Of a stretch of DNA of 64,000 nt, positions 50,992-63,090 are shown in pieces (the stretch's first letter is position 1; every line of letters begins with the position of its first letter). A program made the translations under genes and the position numbers. The DNA is from Nymphaea colorata (lineage: Eukaryota). Under the pieces are notes generated by a model. That model saw nothing but the letters and a program-made list of their open reading frames with translations. It made no database searches and was not told the origin of the DNA. Location of the stretch: contig NC_045138.2 of NCBI RefSeq assembly GCF_008831285.2, forward strand, positions 14,694,001 through 14,758,000, read 5' to 3'.

Positions 50992-53900
50992 CTACTTGTC
51001 AGTAGTCTCTTCCACCACATAATCATCTTCATCATCATCGTCATCATCATCTTCATCCTCTTCATTGTATAAGAAGTTACGCTGGTACTTGCTGAAATCA
51101 CCTCTTAGGCCTTCGTCATTAACAAAGTCTAAGCCATACTTAGTGTCCCTGTGTTTGACTAGAAGCCAACGCAGCAAGCGACTTTCTTTGTTCAGGTAGT
51201 GGAGCTCCTTATTCAAGTTAGGAGTAGTCATCATCGTCAACTGCATCAGCTGGCCCTGCACAAGCATGCACAGATATCGTTGAAGTTCAACTTCACATCT
51301 GAGCCATCCGTAGGCGTATGCAATACCTTAAAAAGAAAAGAATAGAAAAAAACCAGGGAAATCCACCTAAGCCATGCAATTTGGCATGAGACTTAGGCTG
51401 ATGACTAAAACACTACTTGTACAGAAAGAAGGCGAATGAATAAAAAATTTACGCCAACAGGTGCTCCAGATGATATGACATACAGAAAAGATAATGAAAG
51501 CTTAACAAAAAATATTTTCTACTGTGAGAATATGTCCAAATGCCTAATACTGAATAGGCAACAGGCATAAAAGAATCTTTTACAGCTTTGCCATTTTAGG
51601 CCCAATTTTTTACTCCTTTCAGAGTTATGACACGGCATCCAACTCCATTCATGTTTGGTCCCTTTAAATCACCATGTTCTTCCCACACAAGGATCCCACT
51701 TTTGTTCAATTTTCCAAGAACCATTAGATTGTCAAAAGTATAGTCACAAATAACATTTCGGAGTTTTAACCGGCAAAGTTTTTCTCGGGTATAATACGGC
51801 TAGTTTGAAAAAAAAGAGAAATATATGATAAATTTTTTAAAATTAAAAAAAAACTAAAATAAGTGAGAAACTAATAACACAAACATCAAAAAACTAAATA
51901 GATTTGCAACAAATAAAAAATAAAAAATGAAAAAAAAAACCGTTTGGCATTAAAAAAATATGAAAAAAATGAAAACGCGAAAAAAACACTTTAAAAACAT
52001 GCTACGTGTTTTTTTCGTTTTTAACGTTCTTTTTTTTCCTAAAAAAAAAGTTTTAAACGGCAATTTAATTTATCATGTTTTTTTTTTTGCGTTTTTTGTG
52101 ACACTGGTCAAAACAATAAAAAAGGAAACCTGAAGTGAATATCAGCTTTATAACATTCAAGAAAGAAGCTCCAGCAGATTAATGCAGCAGTAGCACATTG
52201 CTGATGAGTGTAACCGGTCTTAGTTCGCTATTCACAGTTTTTTAAGATGGCACGGTACAAAGAAAAGATTGTCATGCCAAGCCACATGCATCAAAAAATG
52301 GATGGTCAAGTTGCATGTGAAACCCAAACACAAAATAAGCTCAAATACCATCAAACATATGAAAACATGCAATTACCAATAACATCACATATGTTTTAAA
52401 AAGTGATTAAATTGATGGAATTTGGTACAATTTCCATGAGAATGATAATTTCAAATCTTCTGCTTGGAAGACATTAGAACCTCATAAAGAACTGCTTGCC
52501 AACATTTGGAGTGAGACTTAGGATTCTTTGATAGAGAATATGCTTGCAGAATTCCAGGTATTGAATAATAGTACTTCTCATAAAGTTTGATTTGGTCTGA
52601 ATCCTAGTGCTTAGTAGTTTATCTTCATTTATATCTTCAATTCGAGTAGAATTAATTACAGAATATCCTTTGTAGTTGTTTTCTGATTTTGGCTTTAACA
52701 AACATAAAATGAACAGGTGCAACACAGATGCTTAAAACTCCACAACATTCATAGGCCAATAAACAATTTTTTGATGCAATTTGCTATTTTGTTTATTTTA
52801 TGTGTATTGGCCTATATTATGTTCCACATATATACATAGACATATTTTTATTGTTCCTGTCACTATCATTGTTTGGAAAGGTAGCTGGACCTATACCTGC
52901 ATCCAATAAGACACAAGCATAGAGGTCCTATTGCTCTTACTTCCTTAGGAACTACTATTTTGTACATATATTTTGTTTGTCCATCAGGCACCTTGTTTCA
53001 AAAGCCACAGGAAGACTTGGAACACTCTACCTGTATATATGCTACAGAAATGCTCTCCCTGCACTGTACCCTAGAGGGCCTAGACATTGTCTAAATTGGG
53101 TTGAAGCAGGAAATGGGTCGACCTGGAAGAGCGCCTTCTCTATTTCAATCCGCTAAAAGCTACTCTTCACAGTCAAAGTCAGGCTAAGGCAAATTGCTAG
53201 CCTCAGCTACTCTTGCTTGATACTTGCCAGCCACCAACTAGCACATTGGTCAGTTATGATCATTACTTCCCAGTCTAATCCATCTAACGCAGCTGAAGGG
53301 GTTTCAAACGATCAGAATCCAGTAAACTTAGCAAATGATCAGCTAAATAATTGTTGGGTCGAGATTCATGTAGGCTATAACCACCCAAGTGACGGTATTT
53401 ATGTCTGAACGTTCCTATTTCCTTCTCCCTACGTTGGCATTTTCCATTTCCGTCTTCGTACATTGGCATTACCTATGCCAATGGATGAAACCAGGATAAC
53501 CGGCCATTTGCGCCTTAAGCAGTTCACAGACAAACATTAGCAATGCACAACACTGATCTATTACCAAGATCAACTCAATAACAATCACAGGCAAATAAAA
53601 AAAATGCTTAATGTGCTTTTGAGTGGAAAGTGATTAATGTTTTTCTGCAGCTGAAGAAAAGGCAAATAAACCCAATGAAACAAGAAACTGATTCTCCTCA
53701 CTTTCCTGTACCAAAGCACGCCCATAAGAAAAACTGAAAATCCATGCTAATAACCACACAAAGAACAGCAGAGATGCCCCCGACAAAGTAAAGCATGAAA
53801 AGCATTAAGAACAGCAAAAGTACCCAATAGACAAGGCACTGATCGATCTACACAAAAAGGAAAAACTCAAGAAAGGAAGAACAAAGAAATCCCTATCCGG

Positions 53901-54268
53901 AAACAATAAAAAAAAAACCGAAAGAGAAGTGAAACAATAAAACATATATATATCCAAGATAAGAAAAGAAGTAAATTCATCATGTTGAACAAAATCTACA
54001 CAAATTCACCACCAAACGTCAAACCGTGAATCCAAAGGGGAAAAAACACGCATACACTCTGAAGTAACAAAGAAGATTGGTGTACCTGGTAGTGTCTGCC
54101 ATCTAACTTCTTGATCCCATACCCCAAATGAATCTTCCCGAACGACTTGATATCCGTGACGACTCCATTTCTCTTGTACACATGATTCCCAACTCTGGCT
54201 ACCAGATCAATTAGGCTTGCCTTCTCTATGTGGGGCTTGAAAAGAAGCATACAGTCATAGAGCGGCAT
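50992..54268 (-). CDS. RPS6: Bacterial-type ribosomal protein S6 (bS6, probably mitochondrial), 148 aa. Exons 54268-54086 and 51255-50992
   Basis: MPLYDCMLLFKP...KSFGKIHLGYGIKKLDGRHYQ|GQLMQLTM...LLRWLLVK, acidic tail, phase-0 GT-AG intron. Probable 5'UTR intron at about 54400-54288. Confidence 0.92.
51739..52106. mobile_element. hAT-type MITE in the RPS6 intron
   Basis: Imperfect TIRs TATAGTCACAAA / TTTGTGACACTG, 8-bp TSD GTCAAAAG / GTCAAAAC (7/8), A/T-tract-rich body. Confidence 0.75.
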
Positions 54269-55801
54269 TGCCTTTCAGAAGTATCGCCTCAAAATTCGAA
54301 GACCAACAAGACGGAAAACCAAGGCCGATCAAATATAGAGAAACCAAAAAAAAGTGGAAGAACTATCTTCGCATGAGAGAGAGAGAGAGAGTGTGTGTAC
54401 CTTGACTCGTTCTCGGTCCTACTGCCAGAAGGAGGAAAGAATCATTCGTCAACGCAGCTGTAGCACAGGAAGGAGGTAGACAGCGAGAGGAGAAGGAGCA
54501 GCGGAGAGAGAAGATGGGGGAAAAGGGAGGGACAAGAACCAGCCGGAGAGAGAAGGGTACCCTGACACCGCGAGAGCTCGAAATAGAAGGGGGCGGTAGA
54601 GGGAGAGCCGATAAAATAGGGATGCAGGGACTATAAGTCCCTAGATACAAAAACGAGAGAGAGAAAGAGAGAGAGAAGGGTAGCGCCCCTTGCACAAGAC
54701 AGCCGCTTTTCGGCCTAATAATTTCGTAAAGGTTGCAAAGACTCATTAACCATCATCTTCTATCACTAAATTGTTATATTCTTACTATTTAAGCCGTTGT
54801 ATTTGTCTCTTCCTCAAGTTTACTTCTTGTTCTTATTTGGCGATTCTTTTGAAAAGTATAATATTTATGTTAAAATCGTAAAAAGTGATCTTCTTTGTGA
54901 TACGGAAAGAGGCAGGGAAGACCCAGCTTCATGAGTGACTTTAGCAATAGAGGTTTCTAAGAAAGCAAACGTTTTGGTTTTGGATATGTTCGGGGTGCCC
55001 TTTCTAATGGGCATGTTTCAATGCTTTCTTTAATGGCAGCCAAACCAAACCAATTGTATGCTTTATTTCTTTCTCTCCCAACTGTTATTGTTCACCACCA
55101 CCCCTTTATAGAGGTTTAGATGGTGCAATTTCGGCCATGAGGTTCCTTCCTTCAGCTTCTAAGGAAAATGATCATCAGTCTTCCAAAACAGTATAGTGCC
55201 CGTGAGGACGTTTATGCTCAGGGGCTTGCTTATTCCTCCGAGGGATTAGCGGGACCGATGATGAACCCGCTAATGCTAGGCACCAGCATTACACAGACAC
55301 CTTACCCTTTCACGTGGCTCTTAAATCAAAATCTGAAATTCCACATCAGATCTTTCCTGCTTATGTTGGATCGGATCTGATTCAAATCCAATTTCTCTAT
55401 GCAGTTATTGGATGTAGGTAAGGGTGAGCATCAGGTACCCGTAACAGGCCCCAGCTCTCGACTCGCAGGTACCTTGTTTTTAGAGCCTTTTCTTTGAACT
55501 CAACTCTTGGCTTAGCCTTAGCATATAAAGAAAGCTGGGACGCCAATGTGGATCGCGATCCTAAATCCAACAAAGCTTGTGCTTGCTGGTAAAAGTTTTG
55601 AGACCAATCGGAATGGTATTCATTCATGATCGAGCCTTGGGATTCGGCCCCCCAAAAAACATTTGGGTCTAGAAACTGGTTAGCCATTAACAGAAAACGG
55701 GATTATTTTAGAGATACAGATATTTCAAGTAAACAAGCGCCCACTCAAACCGGGGATGCTTCACTGCAGATTAATTATTAATAAAGGGAGCAGAAAATAT
55801 C

Positions 55802-56375
55802 AGAGAGTCCAAAAGGAGCGGGTATTATAAAAGTGAGTAGGTCTGCGACTGCATCCTCAATGAGAGGAGAAGATGGTTTTGGAGTGCCTCACCATGTTTT
55901 TTATTGTGTTACCAATTTGTCTTCTGGATAACTGGTCAGAATCAAAGGAGATGAAGTACCGAGCACTAAAACCATGGTTACTGTCTTTATGCGCTTTATG
56001 TCAGTAACCATGGTTTTAGTGCTCGGTACTTCATCTCCTTTGATTCTGACCAGTTATCCAGGGAGACAAATTGGTAACACAACAAAAAACATGCTGAGGC
56101 TACAAATGGATTTTCACTTGGAAAAGGATGCCCGGAGAGAGCATTCTGCAATTTTATTTCACACCATTGTCAGATCATACATACAATGAAAGAATGGATC
56201 GCTATGTGCAATATACCAGGCCCGCAGACGACAGCCTCAAGACCCAAGCAGACGGGGCTGTCAGGCAAGATACTAACAATTCAATTCAATTCTGTGCACT
56301 CCAAAACCATCTTCTCCTCTCATTGAGGATGCAGGCCTACTCACTTTTATAATACCCGATCTTTTTGGACTCTCT
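55802..56375. repeat. Nested inverted repeat IR5 (inner arms 55886-55983 / 56002-56100, 18-nt loop; outer arms ~55802-55887 / 56296-56375)
   Basis: Direct reverse-complement match. About 195 nt of unrelated sequence (56101-56295) interrupts the right arm. Confidence 0.95.
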
Positions 56376-59362
56376 CGACCGAAGCCGTTTTTTTTTTCTA
56401 AAACTGGGAAAAGGCGACTCACTCCCCTACCCAGACGTTTTACAGACGAAAGCCCTTTTCCTCTTCGCAATTGGAAAAAAGGTTTAGAAGAAAGTGGCAG
56501 CGGTTTGTAAAGCTCCGGATTGGAAGAAATTTGAAAAAGAACATGATATTCTCGTGAGCATCTTGTAGGATATCAGGAAATTTGTCAATATAGTGCCGAG
56601 GAGTTCAAGTTTTTTCATCAGAGGACATGATTTGACGTGTTAATATAAAATATACTTTTTATTGTCACTTGTCACACGTTGATCTGAAACTGACGTTTAG
56701 ATCCGTTTCTATCACATAACTTGTAGTATTGAACACTCTTTTAGTTATTTGATATCCTCAGCAATATAATATATATTTTGTGTGCATCAGATATATACGG
56801 TCGGCCATATCCAGTTGCATGATTTGGGTTGGTGATGAGGTCAGGGTCCGGACCCGAACCATTGATTCACGATCCAGGGTCGTAGTTGATGGGGTATTCC
56901 TAATTTTCAAATTGATATTTACTGCTTAATATCTTTGGAATCAATGATCCAATTACTTCTCATGAAAGTCTGGTATATGAGAGTGTGGTAGCTACTTGGT
57001 TTCCTACGTATATGCATAACTTCACCATGTGGAGAGATTCTTACAGGTATACTTTCAGTATATGTAAATGATAGGTTTCTTTTCTCAAAAAGAATATGCT
57101 AAGTCAGCAAAAGCAGGGAAGGAGTCTGATATTAAAATCCTCTGCTGCAAACATGAGAAATTGTGTAAGAGAGAGAGAGAGAACTATAGCTAGCAAAACA
57201 GGTGGCTTCATTTCTTAGGAAAAGTGACTCGCCCACTTAACTAATTTACATGAGAAAGTTTTTCCATTACTTTTTTCCTAGGTAAGAGCATTCCCACACT
57301 TAAGAGAATCCAGTTTACCTAAGAAAGCTGCAAACTAACTTGTCCGAGCTTCTGGGGTTGTCTTCTGTACGCGAATTCTGCACACCTGCTGGGTGGTCTG
57401 CTCGCTAGTTCAACCAGTCGCAGTTGGTCATGTTTGAGTTCAAAAAATTATTGTAAATCTGTCCATGTTACTGTTGATGCATAGACCCACAAAAGAAAAT
57501 GACATGCTTTAGAAAATAGAAGCCGAGGTAGGGAACCATATATATTGCTGGAATTATTGTGCCTAAAATTAGGTAAGCTTATAGTCCTTTGGATAAGCAA
57601 GCAGCATGCGAACTCTTCGACGTGTTTGCGAAGAGTTTGGAATGAAAATGTCATGTGCCTCTGTATTTTTAAGGATTTGAGAAAATTATTTTTCTCAAAA
57701 TTTAAAAAAAAAACGCTTATTCAAGATTTTGCTTGTACGTCAAAAGAACATAAAAAGATGTATTGAAAATTCGTTAGCATTAGGGGCGGAGCAAGGGGTT
57801 GGCAGGAGCCATCATATTTTAAAATTTACAAGTTTGAATTTTTTGAAATTAGTGTATTGGTATTGGTAATTCTTGGATGCTAGTGAGAAGAGCAGCAAAC
57901 CTGCTAATTTGCTTCATTAGTAAAAGCAAACATGTTTTGTTTGTGATAAGGAAAGAGAGATCCAATTGAAGGGCAAAGGAGTGATTGACATACCTTCTGA
58001 CATACGTCTCAAGTGAGAAAGTATTTGCCCGTAGGATTACACATATAAAGAAATCTTAATTTGCTCAGCATAGAGCCAAAGCTCCCACTCAACCCCTTGT
58101 GCCATTAAGGTAAAAGATCTTACCCCCACTTCAAGTAAATAGTAATTGAGAGCCCTTGTTTCAAGAAAAAAGGATTTGAAAGCCAGAACAAAAGATCTTT
58201 CCTTGAAAGACATTCCCTTGAAACACTTTCCATAATAGTTGAACATAAGTGAAGACAACAACAACAACAACAACAATGGTTGTGCTACCATTTTTCATTT
58301 GTACTTTTCTTTCTGCCTTACATTAGTTACTGTGCTATAACCATATTTTCTATCTCACTTGCAAATTTCTAGGCTAATTTTCTTGCGCCTGCTTCTCATA
58401 TCACTGCCCTCACCTTTTCATAGGATGGTAGTTGTGGCCTTGAGTATGCATAAAATGAAGCAATTTCCTTGACAATAAAAGCATCCAAACACATGCAATT
58501 GCAAACCAATTATACTTGTCAGGTCTAAGTCAGATTCATCTTTTCCTTCTACTCTTGGGAGAGCTTCATCCACAAAGTTTTTTAGCATATAAATGGCCCT
58601 TTTATATTTTTGTTAAAACTTCTTTATCAATAAATACCATACCAACAGAGAAAACATTATTTGCTTTTGAGTTGAGCTAGCAGTATGTCTCATTCATTGA
58701 GCTGGTTGAGCCTTAATGCAACCTTCTTTCTCGTATATGAGTCTTAATCAAGTGCAACACACTACAGAAAATTCCTCTCAAATATTGATGGTCACTCATT
58801 CATAGTCATGAGATAAAGCTGATACATATTGATCTATGTATTAACAATATGTCCCTTAAAGTCTCTACAAGAGGTTGTTTGGTAATAATAACTGTTACTA
58901 TTTCATGAATCTCCATAGAAAAATAGGATAAATTCATGAAATACTGCAACATACTATTTAATGGATCTGTAGAATAAATTCATGGAATAATAACACTATG
59001 TTACTAATGTGAAACATTCATATGCCTTGATGGATCCCTTTTTAACAAAGTTTTTACATTGTCCACATTATGGATCTCCAAATCTTGATTAGCTAGGATT
59101 GATTTGAAGGATACAATGACACGTAATGGACTCTTGACCTCTTTCATCTGGAAGGTGAAAACGTAATTATGTTATGTCTTGAGAACTTGTTCTAACATAA
59201 CAGTAATTATTTTTTTGTTTTTTGTTTTTTTTTTTAATTTAAGCTCCTCATTTGATTGGTTAAAAGTATTAAGTATAGAACAATTTACATGGTAACTGTA
59301 ACATAGACCCTAGGAGATGGATCAATCTGCGGCTACATCAAAAAATTTGGAGGAAATGAATG

Positions 59363-59407
<45 letters not shown>

Positions 59408-60430
59408 CGTAAACAAAACTAAGTTATATCCTAGACAGATCTAATCTTAAACAATTAACGAAGACATTGGCATAATATAAATACATATTGCGCTCAATAA
59501 TTCTTACTTTTACGATCCATGCATGATCTAGAGAAATCATAATAAAAGCAACATTTAAATAAACAAGTCATATAAATAAAATAGTACATGTTAATGACCA
59601 ATAACTATAACAATAGGGCCAAAACTGAGTTACAAACAAACTAAAACAAGTAAAAGAAATGGTGGAACAATTTTGGTCCAAATTACTTGTAAGATCCAAT
59701 CCAAGATTGACCTGAGTTCTTGAGTTCTGGGTATACCCTATAAAATTGAATACATATAAAGAAAAAGCTCCTTTGCTTGTTGGTTGGATCCAAACAAGCA
59801 TATTTTACACCTAATATTGGAAACTTCAACTATCTGCCCCTCAAATAAACTCCTTCAAAAACCTGCCCTCGTGTAGAGTATCAAGTTATTGAAAACTAAT
59901 TTCCAACTCATGTGTTCGATTTGAATAGTTTAATTCTCCTGGTAGAAAGACATATAACATGATGTTCAAAACCACAAGATAACGGATGTAGGAATTCTCT
60001 AAGGACAGGAAAATGATACTGAATAAGAAATTTAACGTACTCATACATGAAAGAAAAAGATTTGTTGACAAGTATAAGATGTTCAACTATTTGTCATGGT
60101 GGTCCATTAGCTCTGTTCTTATGCATAAATAAGTTATCTATAACAAAAAAAATTTGGTTCTACTTCTGCCATTGTTTGTGGTCATTGACTCCTTGAAAAT
60201 AGTAATGTGAGGATATAGGGATGTCAATTACGATATCTGACCGAACCATTCTAAAAACTAGCTAGCTTTCTACAACACAACCTATGAATCAAGCTTACGG
60301 ACCGCCAATGTCTGCCATTGAACCGGTCCATCCATTCCAAGGACTTCTGTCGGTTCTGGCTAAGGCACGGGCAGATTCAAGCACATGGCGCGAACTCTCA
60401 CCCACACACTCGCACTCTCTCTTTCTATTA

Positions 60431-63090
60431 GGGGGCATTTGATGAACAGGAAATACACTGTTCATCGAGAAATAAAATTCAAAAATTTAAATTTTTTCCA
60501 CTTAATCAAACGGAGAAATATTTATTCGACCGTTGAGCTTGATTCCCGAAAATTTTTTCCGGAAAAAATTTTCCACCTGAAGAGACGGAAAATTTTTTCC
60601 GGAAATAAATTTTTGACCGTTGAACGCGAGCGCTCCCTTTTCGCGTCTTCCTTCCTGTGCCGCAGCCGCTCCCTCTTCTTTCTCGTCGTCCCACAGCCGC
60701 GTCGTCTCACAGCCGCTCCCTCCACTCCACCCGAGTAGTGCAGCCGCGAGCCTCCCGTTCCTCTCTTTCTCACATGGTAGTGTCTCTCTCTCTCTCTCAT
60801 TCTCTCTCTTGTTCCCCTCTCCCTCTCACTCTCACTTCTGTCGCCCTTTTCTACTGCGTGTGAATGACATGGACACATAGCGGAGGCAGCAGCAAACGGG
60901 AGGGGAACTCTGTCTCGGGTGCCCCTTTCTCCCTCTCCGGCGAATGCCGGCTGCGCTCTCACTCTCTGGCCAGCCCAGATTTCTAATGAATGACCAAATT
61001 AGCTGCTGTTTCATTTCTGTTTTTCATATGACCAGTGATGTTTCCATTTGGTTCTTAGATCGGTTTGATGTTCAGTGGATGAACCTTGAGGGTCGTCAGA
61101 TTTTGGTATGGAGAAGAAAAAGGGGGTTGCTTTCTAATGCTTTAAAACAAAGAAGTTGCTTTCTTAACCATTGTTCTCACTCAATCTGAGGATCTTTTTC
61201 AAACTAAACAAAGAAAGGATAGTTGTACTTTGTTTTAGTGCAGAGATTATACCTTTTGTTTTATTTCCCCCTTTTTGCTTCAACCAAAGTTTTGGATGTC
61301 CAGGCAATTACAGTGAACGGTGGGTTACAGGAAACTGATGTCATGTTTATTCACAAGCATGGACGAAGAACTGTCTCATCTCTTAACATTATCTGCTCTA
61401 CAGCAGTAAAAGGACTAGCCTACAAGTCTGGCACTGTATGCTTATTTTGTAGAATTGTAGAAGCTGGATTTAGGGTCATTGCATAAAAAATCCGATGTTC
61501 AGTCATCCAGGACTAGCCTACTCTTAATTTTGTGCTTCATTTCTGTTTAAATACATAATGTGGTCCGTTTTACTATCATTTGTTGATCATTATTTGAGGA
61601 TCCAATCATGTTCAAGCTGAGTATAATGTTTTTTAGGTTTAGTGGCATTTCGTTCCTGCCACATGCCACATAGGCTAGGTCTAATGTTAGATTGAGCAAT
61701 CTGGGTCGGCTTGAAGGCAGAGGATCTCAGAGTGCTACAACACTGGGCTACCGGATCTGCACTCCATTCAGGGGCATATTCAGTGATTTCTTTTCTGATG
61801 GAGGCCTTGCCAACTAATGTCAGATCAGAGATGCACCTTCTCTTGAGGTTTTAGTTTGATGAGTACTTATGGAACTTCACCAAGCCATTTGCTCAGGAAG
61901 GGCACAGAGCCCATTTTCTGCAAGGCGACAAATGCATTCCTGTATGACATCCAGATAACTTCCCTGATTGTTGGGTTCCACGATTGCAAGCTTAGTTCCT
62001 TGATTGTTTCTTTAAGATTGTGGTTGTGTCTTGTTTGGGAACTGTCTTAAGATTTCCTGTAAAACTCACACAATTTCCTGATTGTGTAAGATCTAACTAT
62101 TTTCAGATTTTCTGTGTGGTAATCCATTTTGCTTCACTTTTTTGGCAGGAAATAAGAGCTCTATTTCCTTCTGACTACAACCCATTTTATGCTGGATTTG
62201 GGAACAGAGACACTGATGAGCTCAGCTACAGGAAGATTGGTATACCAAAAGGAAAAATATTTATTATAAATCCCAAGGTTAGATCCCTGATTTGCCAGCT
62301 GCTAATATGTTTCTATTTTTGTTTAATTCTAAATGATCTTCTCATGTTGAATTTGAGCAGGGTGAAGTGGCCATTGATAATTGCGTTGATTCAAGGTCAT
62401 ATTGTTCTTTGCATACGCTAGTGAATGATATGTTCCCCCCAACGTCTCCGGAGCAGGTTTGTTTCTCTCCACTTTTCCTTTTCTTTGCCCTGTTTTGGGT
62501 TATGTGCTTGCTTTCTGGCTGCCTATAAACAGTGGAATTGATGGTCAGATTAGTGTTGATAAAGTTGTTAATGATAATGATTGGTTGTTGGATTAGTGTT
62601 GATAAAATTTTTAGGCTTGTTGCTGTGAATCGATTTTGCAACTTGTCTTAGCGGAAATAGCTTTCATGGGTAATGTTGAATGATCTTATGCATTATATCA
62701 TGTTGAACTTGGTTTTTCTTGTATATTTCTTAATCAGCGTGCTCTATATATTTCTTAGCGGAAACAGCTTTCATGTATATTTCTTAATCAGCGTGCTTGT
62801 ATAGTTTTTCTTGTTAGATCATGTTGAACTTGGTTCCTCTTCCTTGTGTACGTGGTTTAAATCTAAAAAAATATTTCCTTATTATCAAACCAAGAATTAA
62901 TTTTATGAAAATCTAGAAATATATTTCTTTTTCATCAAACATAGAAATATATTTCTGGAAACATATTTCCAAATCATCACACACACATCAAAATTGGAAT
63001 CGGAAAACTTTTTCCCATTCCATTTTTCCATTTCCTATATTTCCGGAAATATATTTCCAGAAATATATTTACAGGCCATCAAACGGCCCC
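60431..63090. mobile_element. Non-autonomous PIF/Harbinger-like element carrying gene fragments
   Basis: Left end GGGGGCATTTGATG, right end reverse complement GGGGCCGTTTGATG (12/14). TTA lies immediately outside both ends. Palindromic GGAAA-n-TTTCC subterminal repeats at ~60545-60610 and ~62915-63070. No transposase ORF. Confidence 0.8.
62149..62456 (+). pseudogene. PAH: Two captured exons of lipin / phosphatidate phosphatase PAH (62149-62277, 62361-62456)
   Basis: [70 protein letters not shown] is the end of the LNS2/C-LIP domain. Splice sites are intact. Upstream exons (DxDGT motif) and the last exon were not found. Confidence 0.9.

Noticed and set aside
55397..55687. 96-aa ATG-initiated ORF (MANQFLDPNV...)
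   Set aside because: No recognisable domain or splice context.
58870..59020. Tourist-like MITE remnants (similar ones near 2990-3160, 12895-12980, 21000-21210, 29935-30070)
   Set aside because: TIRs and TSDs are too decayed to give supportable boundaries.
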